Shown here: piece by piece, positions 27,252-36,950 of the stretch
Layout of the letters: each line of letters begins with the position of its first letter
Position numbering within the stretch: the first letter of the stretch is position 1
Notes under the pieces: generated by a model
The model's input: the letters and a program-made list of their open reading frames with translations, nothing else
Told to the model about the DNA's origin: nothing
The model's database searches: none
DNA from: a virus
Length of the DNA stretch: 64,000 nucleotides
Reading direction: 5' to 3' (one strand)
IMG/VR virus record: IMGVR_UViG_3300045539_000120
Coordinates: 1 to 64,000 of that record
Program-made: the position numbers and the translations under genes

Positions 27252-27749
27252 TTATTCTACGTCTTTTAATTCTGTTCTTAATCTACCAATTGCAGACTCC
27301 ATTGTATTATAGAGTGGGATATTATATCTGCTGCAAACTATATCTACATTACCTTTACGATAAAATCCATCTGGACAACATACTATTATTTTACATGAAG
27401 TAGCATACAATCCAAGTTCTAATAAACTAATTGGACTCTTTGTTTCTGGTGAAAAGTACATGAAAATAATGTCAGCTTTGTCAAGGTGGTCTAATTCCCA
27501 ATTAACTTGTTCACTAAATTGAGGACTGGATTCTGTTTGTTCCCAACTAGAATCCCAATCATTGCGTCTAGGATTTAAGAATATCAATTCTTCGCGATCT
27601 TTAAATATTTGTGGAATTACAGCTTGCCAATCTTCGGCTTTACCCATTTCTATAGAACCCGCTAAGAAAATAGTGGTATTATTACTTAGTGCTTCTTTAT
27701 ATGGTGGTTTAATTACTTTCATTTTTGTTTGTGTATTATATTTGTACAA
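27252..27749 (-). CDS. nucleoside 2-deoxyribosyltransferase-like protein (Rcl/NDT family)
   Basis: IFLAGSIEMG N-terminal motif and overall length and architecture. Confidence 0.5.
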   Translation of the reverse strand: MYKYNTQTKMKVIKPPYKEALSNNTTIFLAGSIEMGKAEDWQAVIPQIFKDREELIFLNPRRNDWDSSWEQTESSPQFSEQVNWELDHLDKADIIFMYFSPETKSPISLLELGLYATSCKIIVCCPDGFYRKGNVDIVCSRYNIPLYNTMESAIGRLRTELKDVE

Positions 27750-27994
27750 TTTCCTTTATGTGAACCCCATTGAAAGTTACCCATTCCAACTACAATATAT
27801 TCACAACCTTCAAGAGTGTATGTCCTATAAGTTCTATCAGAATATTGTGAAGTACTATCTAATTCGTAACGACTAGCACTAGTATTTTGATGTGGGTCTT
27901 TATAATTTTCTGGTTTGCAGCTAGTAACCATAAAGATTACTAGTGCAGCCAAGATTATTATTATTAATGGTATGGGTGAGTTTTGTCTATTCAT
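27719..27994 (-). CDS. small secreted or lipoprotein-like protein
   Basis: hydrophobic N-terminus ending VTSCKP. Confidence 0.35.
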   Translation of the reverse strand: MNRQNSPIPLIIIILAALVIFMVTSCKPENYKDPHQNTSASRYELDSTSQYSDRTYRTYTLEGCEYIVVGMGNFQWGSHKGNCTNIIHKQK

Positions 27995-29493
27995 TATAGA
28001 TTAGTTAAACGTTTTCTAATTTCTGTCAAAGTAGTTTGGTTTTCTAATTGGCCATTGATATAGATAGTTTTTAACATTCCTTTACTCTCATCTTCCCATG
28101 AGCATTGATCGACTAGCATATAACAATCGTTAATACTTTTATTAAAAATTTTAGCAACATGCAATAAACCTTTTGCAGATTTCTTAACACCATCATCTGT
28201 GATTGGATCTTTAAAGATTTCACGACCTTCGATTGTGTAAGCTGGACTTCCAGATTCTGCTGGATGTTTAACTTCTACATAGGTGGCTTTCATTGCAAAA
28301 CCAAATGTATCTCTAGTGTTATATTGGTATGTAAAACTTCCAACACCTAATACAATATTTGTACTTGCAAAACCTTTTGCCTCTAATCTTGTGAAGATTT
28401 GTTCAGCACGGTCTAATGTAATACTGTCTCCGTAGATTGCTCCAATATGAGGGTCTAATACTTTATAACCTTGGTCGTTAATAGTTCCACCAAATACATC
28501 CCAAAGTAATTCAATAACTCCTTTATCTTGTGGCATTGTTCCAGGAATACTGTACTCACAACCACAAATAATATCTACTGGATCACCAGAGTCAGGTCTA
28601 ATAACTACTTTACCATCACGGGCTAAAATCTCTTCTTTCAAAGTAACGATATGTTCGGTACAAACTTTCCATAAATCCCAAGTATCTGATACAATTGAAA
28701 GAATTCCTGTTGGATATGTTTCCATCAAGTTTCTAAATGTTCCAACCTCATCTTCTTTACTTCCAGCACACATCACTGAGTGTTCAGTCGCATTCACAGA
28801 TCCAGATACAAATCCAGTTTCATTATAGAATTTACGTGCTCCAAAGATTGCTGGTAAACTGTCTGAACCTGAGAAACTTGTCAAGTGACCTAATCCTGAA
28901 CTAATAGTTGCATCAATAGAATCCATACCTCTCATTGAGAAATCATGTGCTTGCCAATCTACGAACCAACCTTTTTCAGCATCAGTTTTTTCTTGCCATG
29001 AAGTAAATAATTTACGATATGCATGCGCAATAGTTGCAGAAGTCATTGGTTTCCATAACAGGTTAGAAATAACTGTTTCTAAATAATTTGTAATCCAATA
29101 GAAATCCGGATGTGTATTATAAATTGTCAATACTGGAACTCTCATTGGTACTAAACTACCTTCTTCAATTGATTTAACAACGATAGGCAAATAACCTAAA
29201 TCATGTAAAGCTTCGAAGTGAGATACGTCATAGTCTGTATTTAAATACATTGACAATTCATTTTTCATTTCTCCACAAACTTCATCTTTAGGTTTACTAA
29301 AGAAATCTTTTTCAAAAGCTTCGTGAATTTGTTTAACTACCATTTGTTGTCCAAATGATACTAATTGATCGCAACCTTGGGGTGCGTACTTATTACTACG
29401 AGGAGTAAAGTTAGAATAAACCAACGTTGTTCCTTTTGGATATTGTTGGTGATGTCCTGTTTTGTAACCGTCTGTTAAGAATAATGGATTCAT
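27994..29493 (-). CDS. nicotinamide phosphoribosyltransferase-family protein (NadV/NAMPT-like; could be a Namat-type enzyme)
   Basis: N-terminal NPLFLTDGYKTGHHQQYP signature and ~500-aa length. Confidence 0.75.
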   Translation of the reverse strand: MNPLFLTDGYKTGHHQQYPKGTTLVYSNFTPRSNKYAPQGCDQLVSFGQQMVVKQIHEAFEKDFFSKPKDEVCGEMKNELSMYLNTDYDVSHFEALHDLGYLPIVVKSIEEGSLVPMRVPVLTIYNTHPDFYWITNYLETVISNLLWKPMTSATIAHAYRKLFTSWQEKTDAEKGWFVDWQAHDFSMRGMDSIDATISSGLGHLTSFSGSDSLPAIFGARKFYNETGFVSGSVNATEHSVMCAGSKEDEVGTFRNLMETYPTGILSIVSDTWDLWKVCTEHIVTLKEEILARDGKVVIRPDSGDPVDIICGCEYSIPGTMPQDKGVIELLWDVFGGTINDQGYKVLDPHIGAIYGDSITLDRAEQIFTRLEAKGFASTNIVLGVGSFTYQYNTRDTFGFAMKATYVEVKHPAESGSPAYTIEGREIFKDPITDDGVKKSAKGLLHVAKIFNKSINDCYMLVDQCSWEDESKGMLKTIYINGQLENQTTLTEIRKRLTNL

Positions 29494-29575
29494 ATATTGT
29501 TTGTTTTAATTATAATGTAAATATAACTATTATATTTGACATGGTAAACATTTATTTAATAAAGTTATTAACAAT
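29494..29575 (-). promoter_or_regulatory. conserved intergenic element copy
   Basis: tattgtttgttttaattataatgtaaatataactattatatttgacatggtaaacatttatttaataaagttattaacaat (near-identical to the 6620 copy). Confidence 0.5.
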
Positions 29576-29576
29576 T

Positions 29577-29780
29577 TTAATTTTTTCTAATTCCTGTTAC
29601 CATTACATATTTAAACGTTCCATTTGATAAAAACGTATGTTGAATAAATGTTACCTCGTATGTTGCGGCTTTTTCCATTGTTATTAATTCATCTATTAAT
29701 GGTTTTTCAACTTCGCAAATAAAATCATGTTCGCAAACACCTTTATTCATTAGGATAAATCTACACTTCGTCATTGTCAA
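29577..29780 (-). CDS. hypothetical protein
   Basis: 67-aa ORF. Confidence 0.3.
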   Translation of the reverse strand: MTMTKCRFILMNKGVCEHDFICEVEKPLIDELITMEKAATYEVTFIQHTFLSNGTFKYVMVTGIRKN

Positions 29781-30564
29781 TATTTTTAGATGGGTTTAAC
29801 AATCCTCTAATAAAAAATCTGTCCTGGGTAAATGTTGGAGTTTCAATAACTTGCCATTTGTTTCTGGTAAAAGTTCCGTTATCATTTGTTGTTGTAACTT
29901 CAACTTTAGCAATCGCTCCTCCTCTTTTCTTACGGAAATCATAATCATTCCAATTAATTCCTTTTTGGAAGATAAATTCTTGCATTTGATCAGTTTTAAC
30001 TCCATGCAGTTCTTTAGTACTATAAAGGCTTTGTGCAACTGAAGAGATACTATTTCTTACAGCATCTTGCTGTCTCCAGATAAAATAGTTTTCTACCTCA
30101 TCAATAAATGGAATTTGAAATGCTCTAGCATCGAATTCTGCCATTCTCATTGCTTTAATATGCTCAGGTTCCAGAAATATTTGACTATTTCTCATCATCC
30201 TCATCATTCGGAGTCTGTTAAATTCTGAGGTTGCCATAGATGCAGCAACACTTACCATTTTCTGCAGATTATTGTCGAACCAAGCATGAGTTCCTAAGTC
30301 ATCAAAGTCTGTTAGGACTAAACTAATCTCATCTGATTGTACATAACCAAATTTAGCACCTTGAATATTCTTACAAAGATATGCAGTAGTTGCATTCATA
30401 TCTTCAATAAGACCCTCATCAAATGGTCTTGTTAATCCTTTAGTGTAAGTGTGGAATGCCTTACCATCAATTCTAATAATTGTGTAAGTTCTTCGTGGAA
30501 GTTTGATTCTAGTTCTATCCTCATAGAACTCTTTCATTCTGTCGCCAAGTGCGTCATTTTTCAT
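29761..30564 (-). CDS. Thg1-like protein (tRNA-His guanylyltransferase family, 3'-5' nucleotide addition enzyme)
   Basis: TIIRIDGKAFHTY, RPFDEGLIEDM and YVQSDEISLVL align with the conserved Thg1/TLP catalytic core (VVRLDGRNFH..., SDEYSFVF). Confidence 0.55.
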   Translation of the reverse strand: MKNDALGDRMKEFYEDRTRIKLPRRTYTIIRIDGKAFHTYTKGLTRPFDEGLIEDMNATTAYLCKNIQGAKFGYVQSDEISLVLTDFDDLGTHAWFDNNLQKMVSVAASMATSEFNRLRMMRMMRNSQIFLEPEHIKAMRMAEFDARAFQIPFIDEVENYFIWRQQDAVRNSISSVAQSLYSTKELHGVKTDQMQEFIFQKGINWNDYDFRKKRGGAIAKVEVTTTNDNGTFTRNKWQVIETPTFTQDRFFIRGLLNPSKNIDNDEV

Positions 30565-30644
30565 AATATATGTTATTGTGCAACCTTCGTGTGTTGGATG
30601 CTGGTTATGGTTATTATATAAGTATTACTTATTTTGTTTCAACA

Positions 30645-30893
30645 TTATACATAACATGCAAAATATTCATCTTCTAGCATCCAATTAAGTTGTGCTAATT
30701 TAATAGCATCTTCTTCGCTTAATATTTCAATTACATCTTCGGCATTAATACTATAAATAATATCATGTTCGGCTGCACAAATGACATTTTTTTCGGTGTA
30801 TTTTGCTAAAATTTGTAATCCTTGAAAGGCATTATCACCTTCCCATTTAGATTGTGTTTCTTCAAAAATCTCTTCTAATCTTTCTAGTGTCAT
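30645..30893 (-). CDS. hypothetical acidic protein
   Basis: 82-aa ORF. Confidence 0.35.
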   Translation of the reverse strand: MTLERLEEIFEETQSKWEGDNAFQGLQILAKYTEKNVICAAEHDIIYSINAEDVIEILSEEDAIKLAQLNWMLEDEYFACYV

Positions 30894-30895
30894 AT

Positions 30896-31369
30896 TTATT
30901 TAATTTGATTTTTAACTAAATTTAATGCTTGTCCTAAAAGGTTTAAACCTAACCAATAAGATGGGTCATCAATTCCTTCTGCATTTTCATCAAGTCCAAT
31001 ACCCCAAATATTATCTAATGGAGATGCTTCAACAAAAAAGCGATCACCTGTGTTTAACATTTCGTATCTTAATTCAGGATTTTGTTTGAATTTTGCCAAG
31101 TTTCCTTCATAAACAATTGCCAAACAATTTTTATCCCAAGTTGCTTTATCAAAATTTTGGATTTGTCTACCATATTTCTTTTGCTCTCTTGGATTCGTTT
31201 CTTGCATAATTTGTTCTGCAATATCTTCATCTCCAAATAACAATGCTTTTTGATGCATCATATATTGTTCACAAGAATTATATTCAATATTGTCAATTGT
31301 CATTGGCGCTTTATGCCATTGTGAGTAAATTCCATTCCAGAAAAATACATGTTTGTCTGTGATTTTCAT
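30896..31369 (-). CDS. NADAR-domain protein (YbiA-like)
   Basis: VFFWNGIYSQW...EQYMMHQKALLFGD...IWGIG pattern of NADAR/DUF1768. Confidence 0.65.
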   Translation of the reverse strand: MKITDKHVFFWNGIYSQWHKAPMTIDNIEYNSCEQYMMHQKALLFGDEDIAEQIMQETNPREQKKYGRQIQNFDKATWDKNCLAIVYEGNLAKFKQNPELRYEMLNTGDRFFVEASPLDNIWGIGLDENAEGIDDPSYWLGLNLLGQALNLVKNQIK

Positions 31370-31372
31370 TTC

Positions 31373-31945
31373 TTATGGTTTATAAATTACTACTGACACT
31401 TTCATGTCTTTTAGTTCTGTTTGAATAATCTTTTTAATTCTGTTCCAATCTCCACCCGCTAATCCTGCACCAATCTTTGGCAATCCAATATGTTTACCAC
31501 TAAATACATTATTGATTTTTCTCATACAAAGGGTTAGTGCTTCGTAATCCAAAGGTTTTGAAACTCCATCGGTATGATTCTTACCATAACGAAATTGGGT
31601 GTATGAATTCACAACCGATAATTCAGGTTCATTCAATTTATTGTCAGCATCCTCTAAAGACCAAATAGCATTTTCTCCAATAACGAATTCTTGCCAATCA
31701 ATACAACCAAGTTTTTCAATTGTTGCACCCCAAAGTTCCATTTCAAATTTATCAACTCCAAATGCCTTTGCCATTTGAGGTGCAATTCCAGCTCCCATAT
31801 TTGAAAGACAATTACAACCATGCGTAATTACATCAAAAGTACCTTGCTTTGCTAATGTAATTAAATCACCTTCAATTTCTTGATATGTTGTTTGTTCATT
31901 AGTTTCTATCGCCGATTTTATAAAATCATTAAGTTGTCTTTTCAT
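31373..31945 (-). CDS. macro-domain protein (ADP-ribose binding/processing)
   Basis: ITHGCNCLSNMGAGIAPQMAKAFG matches the macrodomain N.xN..L..G.G core. Confidence 0.6.
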   Translation of the reverse strand: MKRQLNDFIKSAIETNEQTTYQEIEGDLITLAKQGTFDVITHGCNCLSNMGAGIAPQMAKAFGVDKFEMELWGATIEKLGCIDWQEFVIGENAIWSLEDADNKLNEPELSVVNSYTQFRYGKNHTDGVSKPLDYEALTLCMRKINNVFSGKHIGLPKIGAGLAGGDWNRIKKIIQTELKDMKVSVVIYKP

Positions 31946-32457
31946 TATGCAAATCTAAATTGTTTTAAAAACTCTCTTAAGAATACGATTCTTCGAGCCT
32001 CTTGTTCATCAAATTTCATCATCCAATCCCAGTAGCTTGTTGCTTCTGGAGTTCCATCGACATAAAAAGTTCCATCATATTCTGGCCAAGTAACTTTGTC
32101 AAATACTCTGTCATCAACTAAAAAAACTACTGCAGTTAATTGGTCACCTAAATCTGGTTCAAAGAAACTACGAAATTGAACACCTTCGTCTGATAATAAT
32201 TGTCTATGATTATTTAAAGAACCGATATGGTCATGACCTAGCACAAACCTAGTGTTTGTTGTTCCTCCATTTAAAATGATAAAAGTTTTGTCTTCTTTGG
32301 CCCATTTCTGGTATTCTGGAGTTTCAAAAAACTCTAATCCATATTCTACAACAGCATGTCCAAACTGAATGCCTTGTTGGATTGGGCTTATGTTGTAAGG
32401 CACCAATCCATACATTCTATATGTTCTATTGCTCATTAGTAGTTTCCTCTGGAGCAC
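31945..32457 (-). CDS. hypothetical protein
   Basis: 170-aa ORF between macro-domain and PRS-like genes. Confidence 0.45.
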   Translation of the reverse strand: MLQRKLLMSNRTYRMYGLVPYNISPIQQGIQFGHAVVEYGLEFFETPEYQKWAKEDKTFIILNGGTTNTRFVLGHDHIGSLNNHRQLLSDEGVQFRSFFEPDLGDQLTAVVFLVDDRVFDKVTWPEYDGTFYVDGTPEATSYWDWMMKFDEQEARRIVFLREFLKQFRFA

Positions 32458-32568
32458 CTAGATCTGCCTCTACTTCAACTGATTGCAACTCATATCTTGA
32501 ACCTAAGATCGCATCTTGTACTAATACTAAACGGTCCACTGTTTCTGTTTTAATTTCTTTATTCATTT

Positions 32569-32784
32569 TTATATTAATTTTAAGTGTTTTAATTCCTCTA
32601 TTGCATCGTCAAATGCTTCTTGCCAAGTTCGGTGTAAATACCAATTTTTAATTTCGATTCTTTCGTAGTTTCCAAAATGTGTATACTTAAATATATCATA
32701 TGCATACTTAGGGGCACTCGTCTGGTCTAAACTTATTTCTATAATGTAACCACGTTCCGTATATAATGAATCAATGGTGTACAT
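32569..32784 (-). CDS. hypothetical protein
   Basis: 71-aa ORF. Confidence 0.4.
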   Translation of the reverse strand: MYTIDSLYTERGYIIEISLDQTSAPKYAYDIFKYTHFGNYERIEIKNWYLHRTWQEAFDDAIEELKHLKLI

Positions 32785-33680
32785 TATATTACCTTGAATG
32801 TTGTTGCGTTTGTTTTTTCTTCGTACTCATTATCTGCAATATCTCTGTGAGAATTTGTAGTATAAATATGTTCAAAGTATTGTGATAATTCTTTGAATCC
32901 AGCACTGAAAATACCATGTGTAACTATTAAATAAATCTTAGCACTTATTCTTTCATTCTTGATTGCTTTAGCTAATTCTATAAAAGTTCTACCGCCGTCA
33001 CATATATCGTCAATGATTACATATTTCATACCATCGTTAGCAGAGTTAGGGTCTCCAATAGATCCTGGTAAGTTTGGCAATTCAGTTTTAAGAATTTTAC
33101 CAGTTCTCATGTCTCGCACTTTATTTGCCGTAACAATATTTTGGATTTGAAACTTCTTAGCAACGTCGAAGATTTTCTTGTATGCTCCAGCATCTGGGCT
33201 TACTAAGCAAATTCTTTCTTGAGCATCTTTTCTATTATCAATTTCAGTAAGTGCATATTTAACTACAGTGTGATTATCTAATTTTTCATAGTTATTCAAA
33301 CATGCTTCTAAAACATCTGAATGTGGATCTAATGTAATTACCGTTACAAAATTTAAGGAATTAATAATTGGACAAATTACTTGTTTCAAATAATTAACTC
33401 CACCTTCAACAAATTTACGATCTGAACGAGCACCCATAAAGTATGGAACGTAAAGAGCAATTTCTCGATTTGGTTTAATATTTCTGATTGCTGCCGTTGC
33501 ACAAATAATTAATTCTAAATCTTTAAAACTATTTAAACGTGAACTAATTTTCACAGCATCTTCATATATTAATAAGTCATTCCATTCTATAAGGTCTACT
33601 GTTTGTTGACCATCTGGAAATTGACTAATTTTGTACTTGATTTGTGATTTTTCCGGATTAACTAAATCTAATGTTATCAT
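32784..33680 (-). CDS. ribose-phosphate pyrophosphokinase-like protein (PrsA-family; possibly ADPR-PP synthetase type)
   Basis: PRTase nucleotide loop VIIDDICDGGRTF and PRS-like N-terminal domain. Confidence 0.65.
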   Translation of the reverse strand: MITLDLVNPEKSQIKYKISQFPDGQQTVDLIEWNDLLIYEDAVKISSRLNSFKDLELIICATAAIRNIKPNREIALYVPYFMGARSDRKFVEGGVNYLKQVICPIINSLNFVTVITLDPHSDVLEACLNNYEKLDNHTVVKYALTEIDNRKDAQERICLVSPDAGAYKKIFDVAKKFQIQNIVTANKVRDMRTGKILKTELPNLPGSIGDPNSANDGMKYVIIDDICDGGRTFIELAKAIKNERISAKIYLIVTHGIFSAGFKELSQYFEHIYTTNSHRDIADNEYEEKTNATTFKVI

Positions 33681-33681
33681 T

Positions 33682-33771
33682 ATGTGTTTGTTTTAATTTA
33701 TATGTAAATATAACTAAAAGTTTCTATATAAAAAAATATTTAACTACTTATTTTTAAAACTTATTAACAAT
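33682..33771 (-). promoter_or_regulatory. conserved intergenic element copy (variant)
   Basis: tatgtgtttgttttaatttatatgtaaatataactaaaag...aaaacttattaacaat. Confidence 0.45.
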
Positions 33772-34134
33772 TATTCTGCCAGTAATCTGTGTTCCATTAA
33801 GAGTATCTTGAGTTGCCCAATCAATAAGATCGCTTCGCATTATTTCATCACAGATTTCTCTTTTAATAGCAACCTTAATAGTATCTAACGCAAAATTGGT
33901 ACCTTTTGCAACATCAGCACCATACAACATTTGCATATTAGACATATTCTTTGTACTTCTGATTTCGATAGGATTTCCTACTTTAATATCGTATTTAAAT
34001 ACCTTTCCTGTTTCAAATTGGTTTGCATTCTTACCTTTCATAAAAATACTGAATGGAAATAGGTGTCTAAGGGCAGATTTAATTGCTTCAATTGTACTTT
34101 TAAAATCTACCTTTTTATTTAATATTGATTCCAT
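33754..34134 (-). CDS. hypothetical protein
   Basis: 126-aa ORF. Confidence 0.4.
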   Translation of the reverse strand: MESILNKKVDFKSTIEAIKSALRHLFPFSIFMKGKNANQFETGKVFKYDIKVGNPIEIRSTKNMSNMQMLYGADVAKGTNFALDTIKVAIKREICDEIMRSDLIDWATQDTLNGTQITGRIIVNKF

Positions 34135-34136
34135 AA

Positions 34137-34562
34137 TTAACTTCTATAAATACATTCTTTATTCTTATAAATACTTAATACACTTCCTTGGCCATGTGTG
34201 ATTGCAAATTGGTACCCATAGAAATCATAAACCATTGAAGAGAAGTTCTCTGTTAGACCATCGATTGGGTCTATTTCAACTCCTTCTTTTGATGCAATTT
34301 CCCACATTAAATTCAAGATATGCAAGGTACTATCAGTATATGTTGAGTAATGTCTCTTGTCATATTTCTTCTGCTTCTCTAATATTGTTAACATTAAGTC
34401 GTCAAATGTTGCATCATCACAAACTCCCCATCTTTCTATAATACCTTTGGCTCTTGCCTGTTCGATAGCATCCCGCTGTGCAAGTTTATTAAAGTAATTT
34501 TCCATACTTTTTTGTCCTTCGGGACTCTTCATATATTCTAATGCTTCTTTCATTTTACTCAT
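34137..34562 (-). CDS. hypothetical protein
   Basis: 141-aa ORF. Confidence 0.4.
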   Translation of the reverse strand: MSKMKEALEYMKSPEGQKSMENYFNKLAQRDAIEQARAKGIIERWGVCDDATFDDLMLTILEKQKKYDKRHYSTYTDSTLHILNLMWEIASKEGVEIDPIDGLTENFSSMVYDFYGYQFAITHGQGSVLSIYKNKECIYRS

Positions 34563-34696
34563 TATCTGTATTTTTATATGTTGGTGTTAAAAGCAATGCC
34601 CATAATGGTGTTGCTGAACTTGTGAAATAACATGCGAACCCTATTAAGCCGAAGAATGCAATGTATATTAGTGTTATTGAAAAATGTTTCATAATT

Positions 34697-35239
34697 TTAT
34701 TTTGTTGAATGTTTCCAATCTATTTTAGGGCAATATTTGTTATAAGATGCTTTAACAAATTCTACAATTATATTTGGTTGTTTTTCTGTAGGTTCGTCCC
34801 AAATTCTATAACCGTTTGCATCGTATTTAATGTTACGATTTTTCCATTTCATTTTAAGGTATTGTATTCCTTGATAGATTCCAATTGTAATTGCAGCGCC
34901 CCAACCTATAGTTCCTGTGACAAATAATTGCATATACAAAGTATCTTTACCCGGAAGACTTATGAAAATAGGTGCTAATACAGCTATCATGCATGTTAGC
35001 ATAAATAATAAGAACCATAAAATGAATCCCATACCTGCTCGTTCTCCCGTTGAATGATATCTGCTTCTATCTAATCTTTCCATGATAATCATTGGAAGAG
35101 ATAAAATAGAATAAGGTACAATAAGTAACCACATTAGGACTAATTTCCAGAAGTATGGACATAATGAATATGGCATTCTATTTGTTCCATAGAACCATCT
35201 ATATAATTGTGCTGTGTTTGAATTGATGTTTAATTTCAT
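34697..35239 (-). CDS. integral membrane protein
   Basis: about 4 TM helices. Confidence 0.4.
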   Translation of the reverse strand: MKLNINSNTAQLYRWFYGTNRMPYSLCPYFWKLVLMWLLIVPYSILSLPMIIMERLDRSRYHSTGERAGMGFILWFLLFMLTCMIAVLAPIFISLPGKDTLYMQLFVTGTIGWGAAITIGIYQGIQYLKMKWKNRNIKYDANGYRIWDEPTEKQPNIIVEFVKASYNKYCPKIDWKHSTK

Positions 35240-35243
35240 ATTT

Positions 35244-35654
35244 TTAGTTATTAATGATTACGTGAAAACCTTTGTCTGAACTTTCTATTAATTCATCTAC
35301 ATATTCCTGTGCTTCTTCAGTAGATTCGAAGTTAACTCCTAATGAATGTTTATAACTCAAGTACACTGTAACATGCGCCTTGTTATAAATACGTTTATTA
35401 TTCTCATCAATTCGATACCATTGGTAATCATCAAAGTATGATGATTGTATTCGATTCCAAGGACGGTATTCCCTTCCATCGTCATCAACTTTATTGTTCC
35501 AACCGGCAATAATTCCAGGTTTCATACCATACTTAATTCCTAAAAATGTTTTAGGGCTTGGTGGAATAGAAGGGTACCATCGGTAACTTGATTCTTTTTC
35601 GTAGGTCAATGTAATTGATTCTACTTTGTCTAATTCGAAATAATTCTTTGTCAT
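35244..35654 (-). CDS. hypothetical protein
   Basis: 136-aa ORF. Confidence 0.4.
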   Translation of the reverse strand: MTKNYFELDKVESITLTYEKESSYRWYPSIPPSPKTFLGIKYGMKPGIIAGWNNKVDDDGREYRPWNRIQSSYFDDYQWYRIDENNKRIYNKAHVTVYLSYKHSLGVNFESTEEAQEYVDELIESSDKGFHVIINN

Positions 35655-35900
35655 TTAATAAGTATTAGTGATTTGTGTTGTTAGTATATGTGTATCTCTT
35701 TCCTGTGATTCGATTCCTAATGATATGGATTTTCCATAAGCAATTGCTTTAATCTGATCATCTTTTTCATCAAATATAAATCTTACAAATCCGGCTCCTG
35801 TTGCGATTTCATTGTGACCAACCATATCTTTATGTTGGATTGCAGCCGAGAATATGATGGCACATCCATCGACTATTACGTATTTTGCTGAACTTAACAT
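35655..35900 (-). CDS. hypothetical protein
   Basis: 81-aa ORF. Confidence 0.35.
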   Translation of the reverse strand: MLSSAKYVIVDGCAIIFSAAIQHKDMVGHNEIATGAGFVRFIFDEKDDQIKAIAYGKSISLGIESQERDTHILTTQITNTY

Positions 35901-35901
35901 A

Positions 35902-36240
35902 TTACTTAACTTCTATAATGTTAGGATATGAACTCAAAAAACCAATACGGTAACCTGATGTTTTAAAGGTATATGTAGAATCTTGTTTAAGTTTACCATA
36001 CACATCGCTTGAATAAAAATTACCGCGGAAAAGATCATCTTCTAATTTGAATGTACCTTTATCGGTATAAACTAAATAGAACGATTCAATGTCTTTTCCA
36101 ACTGATTCTGTGATTCTTTCTTTACCTTCAACTTTTACGTTTATGGTATTTACGTTACCATATCCGGTAATTCCAAAACCAATCGCTCCGATAATAATTG
36201 CTACTACTAAAATTTGAATTAATCCAATTGAATTTCTCAT
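35902..36240 (-). CDS. hypothetical protein with N-terminal TM or signal anchor
   Basis: 112-aa ORF. Confidence 0.4.
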   Translation of the reverse strand: MRNSIGLIQILVVAIIIGAIGFGITGYGNVNTINVKVEGKERITESVGKDIESFYLVYTDKGTFKLEDDLFRGNFYSSDVYGKLKQDSTYTFKTSGYRIGFLSSYPNIIEVK

Positions 36241-36244
36241 AATG

Positions 36245-36335
36245 TTTTGTTTTAAATTGTTTGTTTTAATTATAATGTAAATATAACTATTAAATTTGAC
36301 CCGTGAAAACTTATTTGCAAAAAGTTATTAACAAT
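36245..36335 (-). promoter_or_regulatory. conserved intergenic element copy
   Basis: ttgttttaaattgtttgttttaattataatgtaaatataactattaaatttgacccgtgaaaacttatttgcaaaaagttattaacaat. Confidence 0.5.
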
Positions 36336-36338
36336 TTT

Positions 36339-36704
36339 TTATAGTGTTAACATTGGAAAATCTATTAATTCGATTAGTTTTATTACCTTTGAAGTATCTT
36401 GTTTTATTACTAGGTGTTGGAACCTTTCGTAGAATCTTACATCTTCTGCGTGGAATTCATGAACATACCATCCATGTGATTGCAATCTAATAATATCCTC
36501 TTTAGTAAACCATTTCCATAGGGATTCTAAACTATCAGTCGCAGATAACCATCCTACGATGCTTTCATCGAATTCCATTTGAAGTTCTCTATTTGCACAA
36601 AAATCAAATTTGCCGTGGATTAATCCTGTAAAATCTCCATCATACGCATACCATAATCCTTGTAAGGTTTCTTTATGGCATACTCTATAGTATGTTTGTT
36701 TCAT
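36339..36704 (-). CDS. hypothetical protein
   Basis: 121-aa ORF. Confidence 0.4.
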   Translation of the reverse strand: MKQTYYRVCHKETLQGLWYAYDGDFTGLIHGKFDFCANRELQMEFDESIVGWLSATDSLESLWKWFTKEDIIRLQSHGWYVHEFHAEDVRFYERFQHLVIKQDTSKVIKLIELIDFPMLTL

Positions 36705-36708
36705 ATCT

Positions 36709-36858
36709 TTAGTTTTTATAAAATGCTAATAATTCTTTTGATTTCTTGATTTGTTGTCGCAGTTCTTCCATCTTTGAGTGGGAAAGCTCTGACATTTCAT
36801 ACAATGCTTGCATCATCACTATTTGATTTTCTAACATTAACATTTCTATTCCGTTCAT
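36709..36858 (-). CDS. small hypothetical protein (49 aa)
   Basis: ATG immediately after the element copy at 36859-36950. Confidence 0.3.
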   Translation of the reverse strand: MNGIEMLMLENQIVMMQALYEMSELSHSKMEELRQQIKKSKELLAFYKN

Positions 36859-36950
36859 AATTTGTTTGTTTTAATTATAATGTAAATATAACTAATTCCC
36901 GTGACATAAAAAAATTTAATTGTACTTATTTTCAAAAAGTCTCCGGAACA
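36859..36950 (-). promoter_or_regulatory. conserved intergenic element copy (variant 3' module)
   Basis: aatttgtttgttttaattataatgtaaatataactaattcccgtgacataaaaaaatttaattgtacttattttcaaaaagtctcc. Confidence 0.45.
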
